A stretch of 64,000 nt of DNA from Octopus vulgaris (taxonomy: Eukaryota). The notes below the pieces were generated by a model. It was not told where the DNA came from and searched no databases. It was given only the letters and a program-made list of their open reading frames with translations. Every line of letters starts with the position of its first letter. Positions within the stretch are counted from its first letter, which is position 1. The DNA lies in assembly GCA_951406725.2 (NCBI GenBank), contig OX597824.1, positions 38,316,001-38,380,000 on the forward strand, in the 5' to 3' direction. The translations under genes and the position numbers were made by a program. Positions 1-14,707 of this stretch are shown piece after piece.

Positions 1-2369
1 GGAACTATTCTAAGTTAGAAGAGGGTGCGTGCCCTCACTGATTACGGTGATTATGGATCTGTCAGGACTCTTGAATACTTATGCTGGCAGAATCATTAGT
101 GCATCGGAAAGTAATGCTATGTGACATTCGCTCCAGCACTTTAGATTCTGAGTTCAAATCCTGCCGAGATTAGCTTTGCTTTTCATTCCGCTGAGGTTCG
201 ATAAAATAAAGTACCTATCAAACTCTGGGATTGATGGTACCTTCTGAACCCTCTCCTCAAATTTACTGGCCTTGTGCCATTATTATATGGTTTGGAACAA
301 AAATGTGGGAAAATGCCTGGTGTTGTTTCGCCTTACACCTTACGTTCTGAAGTGAAAACCCTCCAGGATCGTTAAAGTCGAGTACTTGTAATGTACTGGT
401 TTGATACAATCGAGTATTCCTCTCTTGATAAAATATTTGGCTTTGTGCCTATAATAGCTGCTAAGAAAGAGGACTGGCAGAATCTGTTGACCGTTAGACA
501 AGATTTTACCACATGCATTCCGATTTCAAATCCCGTGGGCACCAACTTTGCATTTCATATTCCCAGGGGCGATAGAAGTAATTAGTAATAACGTTTTAAA
601 ATCGTTTAAATCGACTTCCGCCCCTTCTGAGGAACACACATATTTCTTCATTGTCTGAGTAACGATTGCATGCAGTTTATGTTGATGTAGAATTTGAGTG
701 GGTGTAGAAACTATATTTGGATCATGATGCTCATTCTCATCAGTATTTCGAGGAAACTAACACAATTGGCCATTTATAAATATAATTTCGCTTAATTATA
801 TCATAGTTCGTGATAGTGGCGTCTTAAAGCTTGTTAAGTTTGTTATCTGAAACAATAATGTCATTTATAAGAAACACACACTGCCCACACTCACGCAAAC
901 ACTCACACACAAACACACAATCATACAGAGACACACCATCACATCACAATTTCACACACAAATCAACACGCACGCACGCACGAACGCACACACACATGTA
1001 TATACATATATGTGCATGTATGTGTAGGTGTTTTTGTAAAGTATGCACAAGCAAACACGCATACACGCATACACGCACACGCATATACATATGTGCACAC
1101 ACGTATATGTATGTGTGTTTTGTTCACTGTGAACCGTTTTTATGTTATCTTGTCGTGATTTTGACCTTGTCTTTCCTAGAAATTGTAGTTGTTAGAGGGT
1201 TAAACTGTCTTTCAATTTCATTTGAAGAGTTCTTAGATTCTGGAAGTATTCTTGTATATATTATGCCAAATACTGATACTGTGTAATTATCGAGATTCTA
1301 ATTCTTATTCCATTACTGCCCAGAAGGGGCTACACAGAGAGGGGACAAACAAGGACAGACAAACGGATTAAGTCGATTATATCGATCCCAGTGCGTAACT
1401 GGTACTTATTTAATCGATACCGAAAGGATGAAAGGCAAAGTCGACCTCGGCGGAATTTGAACTCGGAACGTATAGCGGTAAACAAAATACCTATTTCTAT
1501 TTCTCTACTACCCACAAGGGGCGAAACATAGAGGGGACAAACAAGGACAGACGAACGGATTAAGTCGATTACATCGACCCCAGTGCGTAACTGGTACTTA
1601 ATTTATCGACCCCGAAAGGATGAAAGGCAAATTCGACCTCGGCGGAATTTGAACTCAGAACGTATAGCGGCAGACGAAATACCGCAAAGAATTTCGCCCG
1701 GCGCGCTAACGTTTCTGCCAGATCGCCGCCTTAATTCTGATTCTAATTCTGGTGAAGATGAGACTTGTATAGGGAATTTATTTGACTTATAAAAGTTTTG
1801 TTACACCTACACACACAGGCGTTGGCGTGGCTGTGAGGCAAGAAGCTTGCTTCTCAACCACATGGTTCCGAGTTCAGTCCCACGGAAATTGTGTGTCTTT
1901 GTGTACGTGTTTGTCTCCTACCATTGCTTGCCACCCGATGTTTACGGCCCCATAACTTAGAGGTTCGGCAAAAGAGACCGATGGAATGAGTACAAGGCTT
2001 AACAAAGAACACAGAAAAAGTACTGGGGTCGATTTATTTCAACTAAAAATTCTTCAAGGCGTCGCCCCAGCATGGCCGCAGTTTAATGACTGAAACTAGC
2101 AAAAGTAAATGATAAAATTATAGTGATTGTAAATAGAGAATGTCATTTAATTCATTTTCTATCATTCATCTTTTTATATAAACTCTACAAATACAATGGA
2201 ATTCCTGGTTTATATCCAGCAGTAGGAGCGTTTCCACTGTATGTTGATGCCAGGTAGCCAATAGCTGCGGACGAGCTTTGCATAGCATATTATAAAAGTT
2301 TTACCTCAATCTTAATGTATGTATGTATGTATGTATGTATGTATGTATGTATGTATGTATGTATGTATG

Positions 2370-2473
<104 letters not shown>

Positions 2474-3146
2474 GGCGCAGGAGTAGCTGTGTGGTAAGTA
2501 GCTTGTTTACCAACCACATGGTTCTGGCTTCAGTCCCACCTTGGGCAAGTGTCTTCTACTGTAGCCTCGGGCCGACCAAAGCCTTATGAGTGGATTTGGT
2601 AAACGGAGGTGAAAGAAGCCCGTCGTATATATGTATATATATGTGTGTGTGTTTGTGTGTCTGTTTTTGTCCCCCACCCCAACATCGCTTGACAACCGAT
2701 GATGGTGTGTTTACGTCCCCGTAACTTAGCAGTTCGGCAAAAAGAGACCGATAGAATAAGTACTAGGCTTACGAAGAATAAGTCCTGGGGTCGATTTCCT
2801 CATTTGACTGCGGCCATGCTGGAGCACCGCCTTTAGTCGAGGAAATCGACCCCAGGACTTATTCTTTGTAAACCTAGTGCTTATTCTATCGGTCTCTTTT
2901 TACCGAACTGCTAAGTTACGGGGACGTAAACACACCATCATCGGTTGTCAAGCGATGTTGAGGGTGGGGGACAAAAACAGACACACAAACACACAAACGT
3001 TTAAATAATGAGGGAGATAAATTGAATATTAATTTAATTAATATCAATTTAAAACCAGTAGCCTAGCATATAAAAAATCTGAAAAATCAGAGAAAATTTC
3101 AATACATGTGTATATTTAGGGCTAAAATATACACGTGGTTTTTTAG

Positions 3147-3216
<70 letters not shown>

Positions 3217-3763
3217 AGATTGAGGTAAAAAAACTTTATAGTGTGCTATGCAAAGATCGTCCAGAGTTATTGGCTACCTGATATCATCATACAATGGAAA
3301 TGCTCCAGCCACTGGATATAAATCAGAAATTATATTGTATTCGTAGAGTTTATATAAAGAGATAAATGATAGAAAATGGATTGAATGACATTCTTTATTC
3401 AAAATCTCTACAATTATTTTGACATATTTTTACCCTCGTTGTACATTGGTGAGGTGTTATTAACATGTGTATTTACTATCATCCAGCTAAACTGCAAGAT
3501 GCGCGTATTGCGGTGACTGTTTAAACAAGTCCTTCATTAGATCCTACCGTTATTTCACTCAGTATGAGAATGCATACCCAAAGGAGTGTGCTATTTCCAG
3601 CAGTTTACAGATAAAACTGAAACCATAGATAAAATGATAGAGAAAAATTATAATAAAATTCAAACGACATAAATAAAGATACAAAAAATTGGGGTCAGAT
3701 CGATTATAAATTACAATTCTATCTCATGGTCAGACTATAGGGAAGAAAGTGTGAAACAAATAT

Positions 3764-3993
3764 GGCGGCGAGCTGGCAGAACCGTTAGCACGCTGGGCGA
3801 AATGCGTAGCCGTATTTCGTCTGCCGTTACGTTCTGAGTTCAAATTCCGCCGAGGTCGACTTTGCTTTTCATCCTTTCGGGGTCGATAAATTAAGTACCA
3901 GTTACGCACTGGCGTCGATGTAATCAACTTAATCCGTTTGTCTGTCCTTGTTTGTCCCCTCTGTGTTTAGCCCCTTGTGGGTAATAAAGAAAC
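3764..3993 (+). mobile_element. SINE family B (GGCGGCGAGCTGGCAGAA...GCCTTTCATCCTTTCGGGGTCGATAAA), representative copy
   Basis: Many copies: ~1320-1730(-), 16058-16450, 23473-23888, 32930-33210(-), 34583-34960(-), 49794-50025, 59415-59817(-). Confidence 0.9.
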
Positions 3994-4039
3994 AGAAAGT
4001 GTGAAACAAAATGAAGAATAAAATAAAATTAAGCGTTTA

Positions 4040-4490
4040 GAGATAAGCATTTATCTCTAAAAGCTTATTTTCTCTTCTTTGAATGATATGACTACCTCTG
4101 CCCAATATCATTATCGCACTTCTCCCCTGTATTCTTCCATCCATCACTGTACACAGAAGCCCCTGTGACCTCGTAATATATCCTATCCATTTTGCTTTCC
4201 TTCTCAGATAGTACCCATCAAACATCGCTTCAACTCTCTTAAGCACCGCTTCATTGCTGACATGATCCGCCCAGCATATCTTTTCCATTTACCTCCAGAA
4301 TTACCTCCAATCTCCTAGTGTCGGCCTTCTTGAAGGTCCATGTTTCTGGACTCCATACTAAGATTTTCATCAGCTTCTTTTTCGGCTCACGCTTCGTGCC
4401 TTTGGTGAGTATTGTTCATGTTTGTTGAATTCATTGTTGGACATAACAATTCTTACTCAGATTTCCTTCTCACTTCTCCTATCGCTCGTT
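4040..4490 (-). mobile_element. RTE-clade LINE C-terminal remnant
   Basis: YG.ETWT, ICWADHVSNEAVLKRV, KWIGYITR, VMDGRIQG. Confidence 0.75.
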
Positions 4491-4492
4491 AG

Positions 4493-4790
4493 TACGAGGG
4501 TGGGGGTGGTGCAGAAAAGTTCCTGGCTTTGAGTAAATAAAAAATACAGGGGGAGGGTCAGTTAATTATGATTTGAATCTGCACATTCCCCTCTCAATTC
4601 ACACGCTTATTGCAACGGTCCTTCAGTTTTTCTTAGCCCTGTAAAAAGAACTCAGAAGGTCGGGCCTCTATAGCAGTGATCACTTCTGAATCGGAGTGAA
4701 ATTTCTTTCCCTTAAGATGTTTCTTCAGTTGTGGAAAGAGGTAAAAGTCGAAGAGGGCTAAATCATGGCAGAGGGTAAGATAGGTTGTCC
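4493..4790 (-). mobile_element. mariner 3' fragment
   Basis: DLALFDFYLFPQLKKHLKGKKFHSDSEV. A TACGAGGG-type terminus lies near 4493, and a related end is seen at ~29245-29500. Confidence 0.7.
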
Positions 4791-4912
4791 ACCAAGTTGA
4801 AACGAATGTCGCGTATTTTCCGTAGAGTTTCATATGCTGTGTGTGCTAATGCATTACTTTAAAGCCAGAAACCTTTTCAACACCCTCTCGTATGTGAGTA
4901 TGTGTGTGCGTG

Positions 4913-4997
<85 letters not shown>

Positions 4998-5471
4998 CGC
5001 ACACACACATAACATATATAGCCAAGGAAAGCGAATGCAGTGACTTCGCAGTTGTTGTCCTTGAGAAATAAATTTGATACTCTACAGAAATTTGATACTC
5101 CTTCAATAAATGTTTTTTTTTTTGTAGAAAAACTACGCATTAAAACAAACACACTCGCACACACAAAAAGGCATATATGCATATGCATACATAAATGTAT
5201 ATATTGGGTTGTCCGGAAAGCTCGTGCCGATTTATTGTAGATTATCTTTTGACTTATCTTAGAACATGGTTGAGACCATAAAATAGGATTTGACTACACC
5301 TCCATTTAGAACATAGTTTAAGCTATCTTTTCGTGGAAGAAGGTTTATGTTCCTATAACCTGTGTTAATTCTGTAACCTTTTAAAAGGGAAGATAAGAAA
5401 GTTTATTTTCTTGGCTATATATGTTATGTGTGTGTGCGTCTTTGTGTTTGCGTTTATCACTAATCGCTAGC

Positions 5472-5551
<80 letters not shown>

Positions 5552-5559
5552 TAGATAGC

Positions 5560-5607
<48 letters not shown>

Positions 5608-6194
5608 AATAGATAGATAGATAGATGGATAGATAGATAGATAGATAGATATACACGCACACACATACTCACATACGAAAGGGTGTTGAAAAGATACATA
5701 CATACATACATACATACATACATACATACAAACAAACAAACAAACAAACAAACAGACAAACAAACAAACAAAATCTCTATGTATGCATGTATTTAAAAAG
5801 ACAGCAATTCAAATTTAAGCCTCAGTGTCCTGATTTCTCGAAATGTTTGAGAAAACAGATTTCGGGGAAACATTGACGTCAGTTACATCATCTAAACTCT
5901 TTATCAAATAATGTCTTATTTGGTTTTGATATCAGATGTTGCTACACATCGCTGGTCACAATGCGCTTCGCATTGTTTTAGCCTTCAAATGACGCCACCC
6001 TGCTGGCTAAGCGAGCAGGCCAACAGAAGAAAGAGAGAAAGAGTACAGCAGGGATCACCACCACCCCCTGCCGGAGCCTCGTGGAGCTTTAGGTGTTTCC
6101 GCTCAATAAACACTCACAACGCCCGGTCTGGGGATCGAAACCGCGATACTACAACCGCGAGTCCGCTGCCCTAACCACTGGGCCATTGCGTCTC

Positions 6195-6236
<42 letters not shown>

Positions 6237-6859
6237 CATACATACACACACACACACACACATATATGTATATATATATGTATATGTAGATATTTTCTGC
6301 GATGAAGGGTGACTAGGTAACTAAGGCATGCAATACCCTCCTCCCATCACCACCACTGAGGTTGGGGAAGATTTCCGAGTGTTTCATCCTACCCCGTTTT
6401 CCGTGAAAATTGCAGTATTATATGCTTTGAAATACGGAGAGTATGAAAATGAAAATAGTTCCCCACCCTACTACGATGTACCGTTTTGAAGTAGTTAGTA
6501 AGACACGAGTAACCTACATATAACTTTGGAAATCATCATTCAGCGATTTCATCCAGTAGGGACTATTGAAGCCGTCGACTTCGAGGCTCATAAGGGCCGG
6601 TTTCCCGGTTTCCTTGGCGTATAGGTTCCCTACCTGGACGGGACGCCGGTCCGTCGCAGGTGAGGAAAGAGTGAGAGAATGTTGTGGAGAAAGAGTCAGC
6701 AGAAGTTCGCCATTACCTTCTGCCGGAGCCGCATGGAGCTTAGGTGTTTCGCTCATAAACAAACACATCACCCGGTCTGAGATTCGAACCCTCGATCGCG
6801 AGTCCGCCGCACTAACCACTAGACCATGTGCCTTCACAGAGTATCAAATTAAGTGAATG

Positions 6860-7250
6860 TGTATAACAATGTACAGCTTGTATCAGTGATGCAGGTTTTC
6901 TCTCTTTACTGACATCGACTTATCCCCTAAACCTTTCTTGAAGATTTTCCTTCTCATCAACAAATCGCAAAACGTGTATCATAAGATTTCATTCGAACGT
7001 TTGTAGTCTCATCAAACATAACATCAACAAATGCTGCTTTTTCTTCTTCGATCATTGGCTTAATTACACCTTCACTTGTAATAGCGATACAATTAAATGG
7101 CCTAAGCTGAGAAAATGTGTTCTTATACTGACCAACTAACAGACATGGAAAACAGAAAAATTTGTTCAGAATGTGTTTTCTCGTCATTCACTTAGACTAT
7201 TCATAATACTTTCAATCAAAGTAACAATGACATTCCTTGCTGCCCACTTC
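6860..7250 (-). mobile_element. hAT (ZMYM1-like) transposase remnant
   Basis: AAFVDVMFDETTNV resembles the first catalytic Asp region F.I..DE..D. Confidence 0.5.
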
Positions 7251-7581
7251 GGTTAAGATTTTCAGCTCAAGCTTTGGTTTCTCTTTTCCGTGAATGATAC
7301 TATTCTTATCTGTTTCAAAGTCGGGAAAAATAGAAAGGAAACTAAACTGATCAACCCTTTTCCCATCCTAAGGGATGATTGAAAGCACGAGAAATTCTAC
7401 TGGTTTATAATCTTTGTAAATGAATCGTGGCTTTATGCTAATAGATAATTTAAGGTTTTTTTTTTATTTTTTACGTATCTTTTCTTAAATAACTTAAATA
7501 TCTAAAATTGAATTTTAAAGCATTACCATGAACGATTGGACGAAAACTTTACTTTTTAATCACCCACTCGCGCGCGCACGC

Positions 7582-7618
<37 letters not shown>

Positions 7619-7619
7619 T

Positions 7620-7690
<71 letters not shown>

Positions 7691-8074
7691 GACAAATTGC
7701 CGGTTTCTTGTCTTCGATCTATGTGTGAAATAGTCAAGAAAATTCTGGGGTCACACGACTGAATCCAGACCTTAAGAAGGGATCAAAAATACTCTCTCCA
7801 TTGGCTAACTAATTTTTAGAAAGCAAGAGAGTGTGTGTGGTAAGAGGTTTGCTACCCAACCACATGGTTTCAGGTCCAGTCTTCTACTAATGTCTTGGGC
7901 CGACTAAAACCTTGTAAGTGGACTCGATAGAGGGGAAACGGAAAAAAGACCATCGTATGCATATATATATATGCATACGATGCATATATGAGTAAAAAGA
8001 AAGCAATGTTTTGAAACATGAAATTCATCTCAATATATTTCAAAAATGCGGAAATTGTATTCATCAAAGTAAGT

Positions 8075-8230
8075 ACCATTACAATCAGCACATTTCTGCC
8101 CACGAGTTACAAGTTTGTTTATTCCGGTAACATAAAAATTTGGAGTTCTGGAGCTGATGAAATCTTTGAACGCACTTTCAACATTGGTTTGATTTTTGAC
8201 CCCACTATGCTCCATGCGATTCTAAGAAAT
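8075..8230 (-). mobile_element. mariner C-terminal remnant
   Basis: FYVTGINKLVTRGQKCADCNGTYF resembles the mariner ending F...GI..L..RW.KC...G.YF. Confidence 0.6.
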
Positions 8231-9167
8231 TGTAGTCTATTCGTAGCCACTTTGCTACAATAGCGATAACATGAATTTCTTCCATCTTCTTGCTCTGTTA
8301 AAATATTCAAGAAAAATTATATTAATGTGTCCTACATGTTAAAAATTCTATATTTTGCGCAGCCGAAGATAGCACTGCATTTAAATTGATGTAATGATTG
8401 CATTGTTCAATTAAATGGAGTCGCTTGAAACAGCCGTACTGCATTACTACTTGATATCATGTTACTTATTTTGACTTTATTCACCTTCGAGCTGTGCAGA
8501 TGGTACCGGACTGACACGATGCTTCAAATTAAGTGCCTAATTCAAAAGAATCTTAATTATTTCTCATATATATATATATATACACATGTATGTATGTATG
8601 TATATATACACCATGTCAGGTCACTTTTGAGTGCTACTGGTAACATGTAACCCAGTACAACCTGTTGCATGGTCGGGTCGTCGACGACTAAACCGGCAAC
8701 CCCACCAAGCTTGCTTGGTGAGGAGGGTGTTTATTGGACACCCTGCGGGATGAAAAACAAAACCCGTCAAAGGGCGGAGGAACTCTCGAGAGTCAACGGC
8801 CATCCAATAAATGTCTGAAGTATGTATCATGCGCGGGGACATAGAAATAATCGGACTGAATACCCGATCGCGCGGTTAAACCATTGAGAGTGAAGGACTC
8901 CTAGCCTTTGTTAGGGCATCCTTCTAGGAGAAGGTAACTCAGGTAACTGGGATAACTCCGTCATAAAACCTGCGGCTCAGTGGTTACCGATGATGTTGAC
9001 TTGTTCTTCTTTTCGGATTATGGCTGCTGTTGCTTAGTGAGTGGGATTGACTCAGTGCACAGCCATTCCTCACTTTAAAAATAAAATTTCTTGCACAGGC
9101 ATTGCACGATAACAACATTGATTAAGCTTCGTGCAACGGCCATACTCGATAACGAGGGGCAGCAACC

Positions 9168-9215
<48 letters not shown>

Positions 9216-9242
9216 CATGTGCTTTCATGTTTGGATTAACTT

Positions 9243-9294
<52 letters not shown>

Positions 9295-9394
9295 AAGTTA
9301 ATCCAAACATGAATGCACAAAAAAACTCAACAACGCGAGGACGTGGAACAAATATAATATTATTGGACGCTCAGGAAAGAAGGAAAGAAGGAGG

Positions 9395-9430
9395 GTTTAA
9401 CGTTTCGAGCGGAGCTCTTCGTCGGAAACA
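9395..9430 (-). ncRNA. Minimal hammerhead-like motif (copy 1 of a ~200-bp (TA)n-embedded element)
   Basis: GTTT-CCGACGA-aGAGC(tcc)GCTC-GAA-ACGT-T-AAAC. Confidence 0.6.
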
Positions 9431-9670
9431 TAGGAGAAGGAAAGATCCAGAGAAGGTAAGAAGAAGAAAAAAAATCACCAACGGTACACACGCGGTCACA
9501 TTTTGTATATATTTATATATATACATATATATACATAAATATGTATGTATACATTTAAAAGATAAAAAATAAGTACTGGGGTCGATTCATTCGACTAAAA
9601 GAATAAAAAATAAAAAAATCTTCAGAGCAGTGCTCCCGCATGACCGCTGTCGAATGACTGAAACATGTAA

Positions 9671-10068
9671 TCTTTATATATAAAAGTCAAGTTGTGTGTC
9701 TGTCTCCTACGATTTAGATTCCTAACTACTCCCACATTTTGCGGTGCAGTTTAACCAAACCCGGGTATCTTATAGTCGTGATTCATATCGAGCCCTTCTG
9801 GGTATTAACGCGCGTCTACGATGAGTCTACGATTTAAAAAAAAATTTACCATCATTTTTTTCCATTTTAATGCATTTTTTCGCTATTATATAAGGGAAGT
9901 AACTTTCTAAAAATGTCTACGATGAGTCAACGATTTAAAAAAAAATTTACCATCATTTATTTTCCTGTTTTAGTGCATTTTTTTGCTCTTTTTTGGCTAC
10001 AACTCTCTAAAAATGCTTATATAGTTACTTCCCTTACAAACCCGAGCAACGCCGGGCGATACTGCTAG
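9671..10068 (+). mobile_element. Non-autonomous Helitron
   Basis: 5' TC, 3' CTAG, subterminal hairpin CCCG-AGCAACG-CCGGG. Inserted at A|T in a SINE tail with no TSD. Confidence 0.8.
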
Positions 10069-10895
10069 TAAAAGATAAAAGATTAAAAGTAGCTCATAAA
10101 CACTGCCAACACATTGATTTCGGAAAAAAAAATGAACGGCAGAAAATAAAGCGTAACCAGCTGTTACCGTTTGTTGGCCTGACTTGACGAAAATTTACTA
10201 AGACAAATTATATCGACCATTACAATACGTCACATGACGTCATAGCAACGGAGCAAATAGTTTAGTTCCGGAGGAGTAACAAGTGCTTCTATACAAATGT
10301 GTATCTTTCCTTATATGACAGGGTACTATCGTCCTTAGTATGTTATCGCTTCCGTTTCTTTTTGCTTCTCTTCCCACTACCAGAAACATCAGCACCATGT
10401 GTAGAGTCACTGCCTCCCCCTACTACCATCTCTTCCACTCCATTTACACTACCAGCATATACGTCCTAAATTTAGAAAAAGGGCCAGGCGGGAGGTGGGA
10501 GGTGGTTGTCTAAAGAGAGAAACATTATGAGGGGGCGTTTTTACGTGGCAAAGCGGTTTATCTTTCGTGACACCGTGTTACGTCACCAGTGTGTCTGTGA
10601 CCGCGATTTTCTCATTTGTTTCGTTCTTTGAAAATTTTGGGCGAGGCTGTGAGAATATTCCAAGGATGAATGTAATGTGTTGTGTGCGTGTGCGTGAGTT
10701 TCCGTTGTGCGTATGTATTAATATATACGTTCTTTTATATGTATGTACATATAGATTTATTTCTATGCGTGAGACTATCTGGTAAGAAACTTGCTTCCCA
10801 GCCACATGGTTCGGGGTTCACTCCCACTGCGTGACACTTTGGGCCGACCAAAGCCTTGTGAGTGGATTTGTTTGACGGAAACGGAAAGAAGCCCG

Positions 10896-11160
<265 letters not shown>

Positions 11161-11269
11161 ATAATTTGTGTCTGTATTTGTACCCCACCATCGTCTGACA
11201 ACGTTGTTAGTGTGTTTATGTCCCCGTAACTTTTGCGTTTAGGTTCCAATTACTAATAAGCCAACCTTG

Positions 11270-11313
<44 letters not shown>

Positions 11314-11418
11314 CTCTCTCTTCCCCTATCGCTTTCACTCTCATCTTTTCTCTAATTCCTTTTTTCTCCTTTTCACTGTTTTCTTTCTATCTGTCTCTCT
11401 CTCTCTTCCACTTTCTCC

Positions 11419-11462
<44 letters not shown>

Positions 11463-12142
11463 CTCTCTCTCTCTCTCGTTGCTCACACGTGACCATCACC
11501 CATCTTTCTTTTCCTCACGTGATGATCTTTCTTTTCCTTCACAGCTGTCGTAGAGACTGTACGTATGCCATCTGTCTCTCTGTTCTATCTTTCATTTTGT
11601 CAAAGAGAATATTCTTCCAGCATCCACTATTTTACTTTTATCTGGTCTAACGACCCTCCATATTTGTTTTCGTTCGGTTTCCTGGTATGTCTCCACTGTC
11701 CTGTTTTTGTTACCAACTTTGACCCTCCGCAAATCCCAAATTTAATTTTGGTTTGCGGGAGCAACTGCCTTCGAAGACTCATATTGTCGTTCAATGCTCG
11801 AAATGAGGAGTAGATAGACATCCGACAACTGATGAAGGGTTGTTATTTATGTTACATGTCCTGTTTTCCATTTGTTTCTCTCGTTGTTTATGTATTCAAC
11901 TCTTTTGTTTTCGTATTTCATCCTGTTTACTGTTTGTGACGTCCTGTAACCATATATGCATATATATATGGTCATAACTTTTGGGCTGAAACGTGTAACA
12001 GAATAAAATAATATATATATTTAGATATTCGTATGTATTAATTTCATGTACATATATGTATGCACATACATACATACATACATACATACATACATACATA
12101 CATACATACATACATACATACATACATACATACATACAAACA

Positions 12143-12173
<31 letters not shown>

Positions 12174-12299
12174 TAATGCAGTCCTGAAAAGAGAAATGAG
12201 CATCATTGTACGTATTGTCAGTGAACTCCCCAAGAAAAGCTCTCTTCCTGATGATCTCCTATAAAGCCCCATAATAGCTGGGCTCTCTTACCTCAGAGA

Positions 12300-13230
12300 T
12301 GACCTGAATGAAAAGCACTCATCATAAAAAAAAGACCATGCATGTGTATGTTGCTCGGAAGCTTGAAGAAGACAATAGAATTGGCACGAAGCGCAGTCTT
12401 CTCTTGGACACAAGACAACTACATCATATCACACTTTGAAGGCTATGCGTTTGCAATCCAGGAACAAGAGATTGCTACGAAGCACCTGGTGAACAAGAGA
12501 GACAGTGACGCTCTTGTAATCTCAAGGTGCAACCGCATGTGTAGGCTATGTCATGTTTCTGTGGAAGACATTACGCATGTGATTAGCAACTGTCCTAAAA
12601 TGTCGTCACGGTACTACCACCCAATGCGGCAGGATATTGTTGTTAAAGCAATTTACAATGGCATCCGCTAAAAAGACTGTCCTGAAATCAACTTATAAAA
12701 TCCCTTTGTTATGCAATACATTCATAAACACCAAATCAAAGTATACTGGTGGAATATTCCCATCAAAACCTCTGTAAAATATAAGCATAACAGGAAGCCA
12801 GATATTGTTGATTGGGATATAGGGGCAAAGGTATGTACCACTATAGAGGTTAGCTGCCCTGCAGATATAAATATCTCTTTTTGAAAATCAAAGAAAAGAT
12901 GATATCTATGGTCAATTGCTTCGAAACCTCCAGCTTCTATATCCATACTATGAATACATATTGATACCAATAATAATTGGAGCACTAGGTTGTGTTAGTA
13001 AATGCTTAAAGGAGAATCTGGATAAACTGGAATTTTCAGAAAGAGGAATTGACCGGCTAATTCGTACATTACAAATCCAATCTGTGAGTGGAACAGTTAA
13101 AATATGCAAGACTTTTCTCAAGTTCCAAATGTGAATTTGTCTGTGTTAACTTCATCCCAAAGATGGAGCCTTGTATCTTTGTTGGAAATCGGCTCCCTCC
13201 TCAGTGGAAGATTTATAATAATTAAAAAAT
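12300..13230 (+). mobile_element. R4/Dong-like (RLE) non-LTR retrotransposon 3' part, within (CATA)n
   Basis: EGYAFAIQEQEI, CRLC....EDITHVISNC zinc knuckle, KPDIV, PIIIGALG. Confidence 0.8.
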
Positions 13231-14657
13231 AGAAGATACATACATACATACAAACAAACAAGCAAAAATACTTTGTTGTTGATGTTGAAATTTCAATAAA
13301 GGAATCTTGAAATATACTGAATAATGATATTCATACATACAAAAGTACTCTGTTGATGTCGTTGAAATTCCAATGAAGGAGCCTTGGAGCTAGGTTAGAA
13401 CCCTGCTCTTTCTCTATTGGCAAGAAATATTGAAATAAACTGAATAATGACATCCATCCATCCATCCATCCATCCATTCATCCATCCATCCATCCATCCA
13501 TCCATCCATCCATCCATTCATATATACATACATACATACATACATACAAACAAACAAAAATACTTTGTTGTTGATGTAGAAATTTCAATGAATCTAGGTT
13601 AGAAACCGGCTCTTTCTCTATTGGCAAGAAATCTTGAAATAAACTGAACAATCTCACATACAGGCACGCGTGTGAGTGTGTAGTAAGAAGCTTTCTTCCT
13701 AACCACATATTAGGCAAGTCCCTTCTACTATAGCCTTGTAAGAGGATTTGGTTGATAGAAACTGAGAGAAGCCAGCGTATATGTGTGTGTGCATGTGTGT
13801 GTTTACGTAAGTACGTAAACGTATGTATTTATGTATGAATGTAGTATGTATGTATGTTTTTATGTATGAATGTATGTTTTTATGTATGTGTGTGTCTGTG
13901 TCTGTATGTGTCTTGTGTCTGTGTTTGGCTCCCAGCACCGCTTGACAACCGGTGTTGGTGTGTTTACGCTCCCGTAACTAGTGGTTCGGCGAAGAGATCG
14001 AAAGAATAAGTACCAGACTTTCAAAACATAAGTTATAGGTCGATTCATTCGACTAAAGATTCTTCAAGGCGGTACCCCAGCATGACCGCAGTCCAATGAC
14101 TGTAACAAGTAAAAGACAAAAGATATACATTTTTGCATATATATATATTTATATATTTGTATGTATTCATTGAAGGCGCGTGGCCGAGTGGTTAGAGCGT
14201 CAGGATCAGAATCATGAGGTAGTGAGTTCGATACCCGGACTGGATAGCGTGATGTGTTCTTGCGCAAGACACTTTATTTCACGTTACTCCAGTCCACTCA
14301 GTTGTAGAAATGAGTTGCAACGTCACTGATGTCAAGCTGTACCGGCCTTTGCCTTTCCCTTCAATAACTTTCTTTATTGGTCACACAGGGCTGAACACAG
14401 AGGGGACAAATACAAATGTAGAGCTTTTCTTTTCGAAGATGGAAAGCGCAAAGAAGTGTGGGAGGAAACAAATGTAAAATTCCGATCAAAAGGGATCGGG
14501 GAAAAAAAGGCGATCAAAAGGGATCGTGTATCACAGAAAGCATTTTTCTTTTTTTTTTTACAAAGAAACAAGATTATGTTCATCCATGGAAAGAAAAGCC
14601 TACAGAAAAGACCACGGTAACCTCAGGCAGGTAGGAAAATAAACACATGAGAGCAAA

Positions 14658-14707
<50 letters not shown>

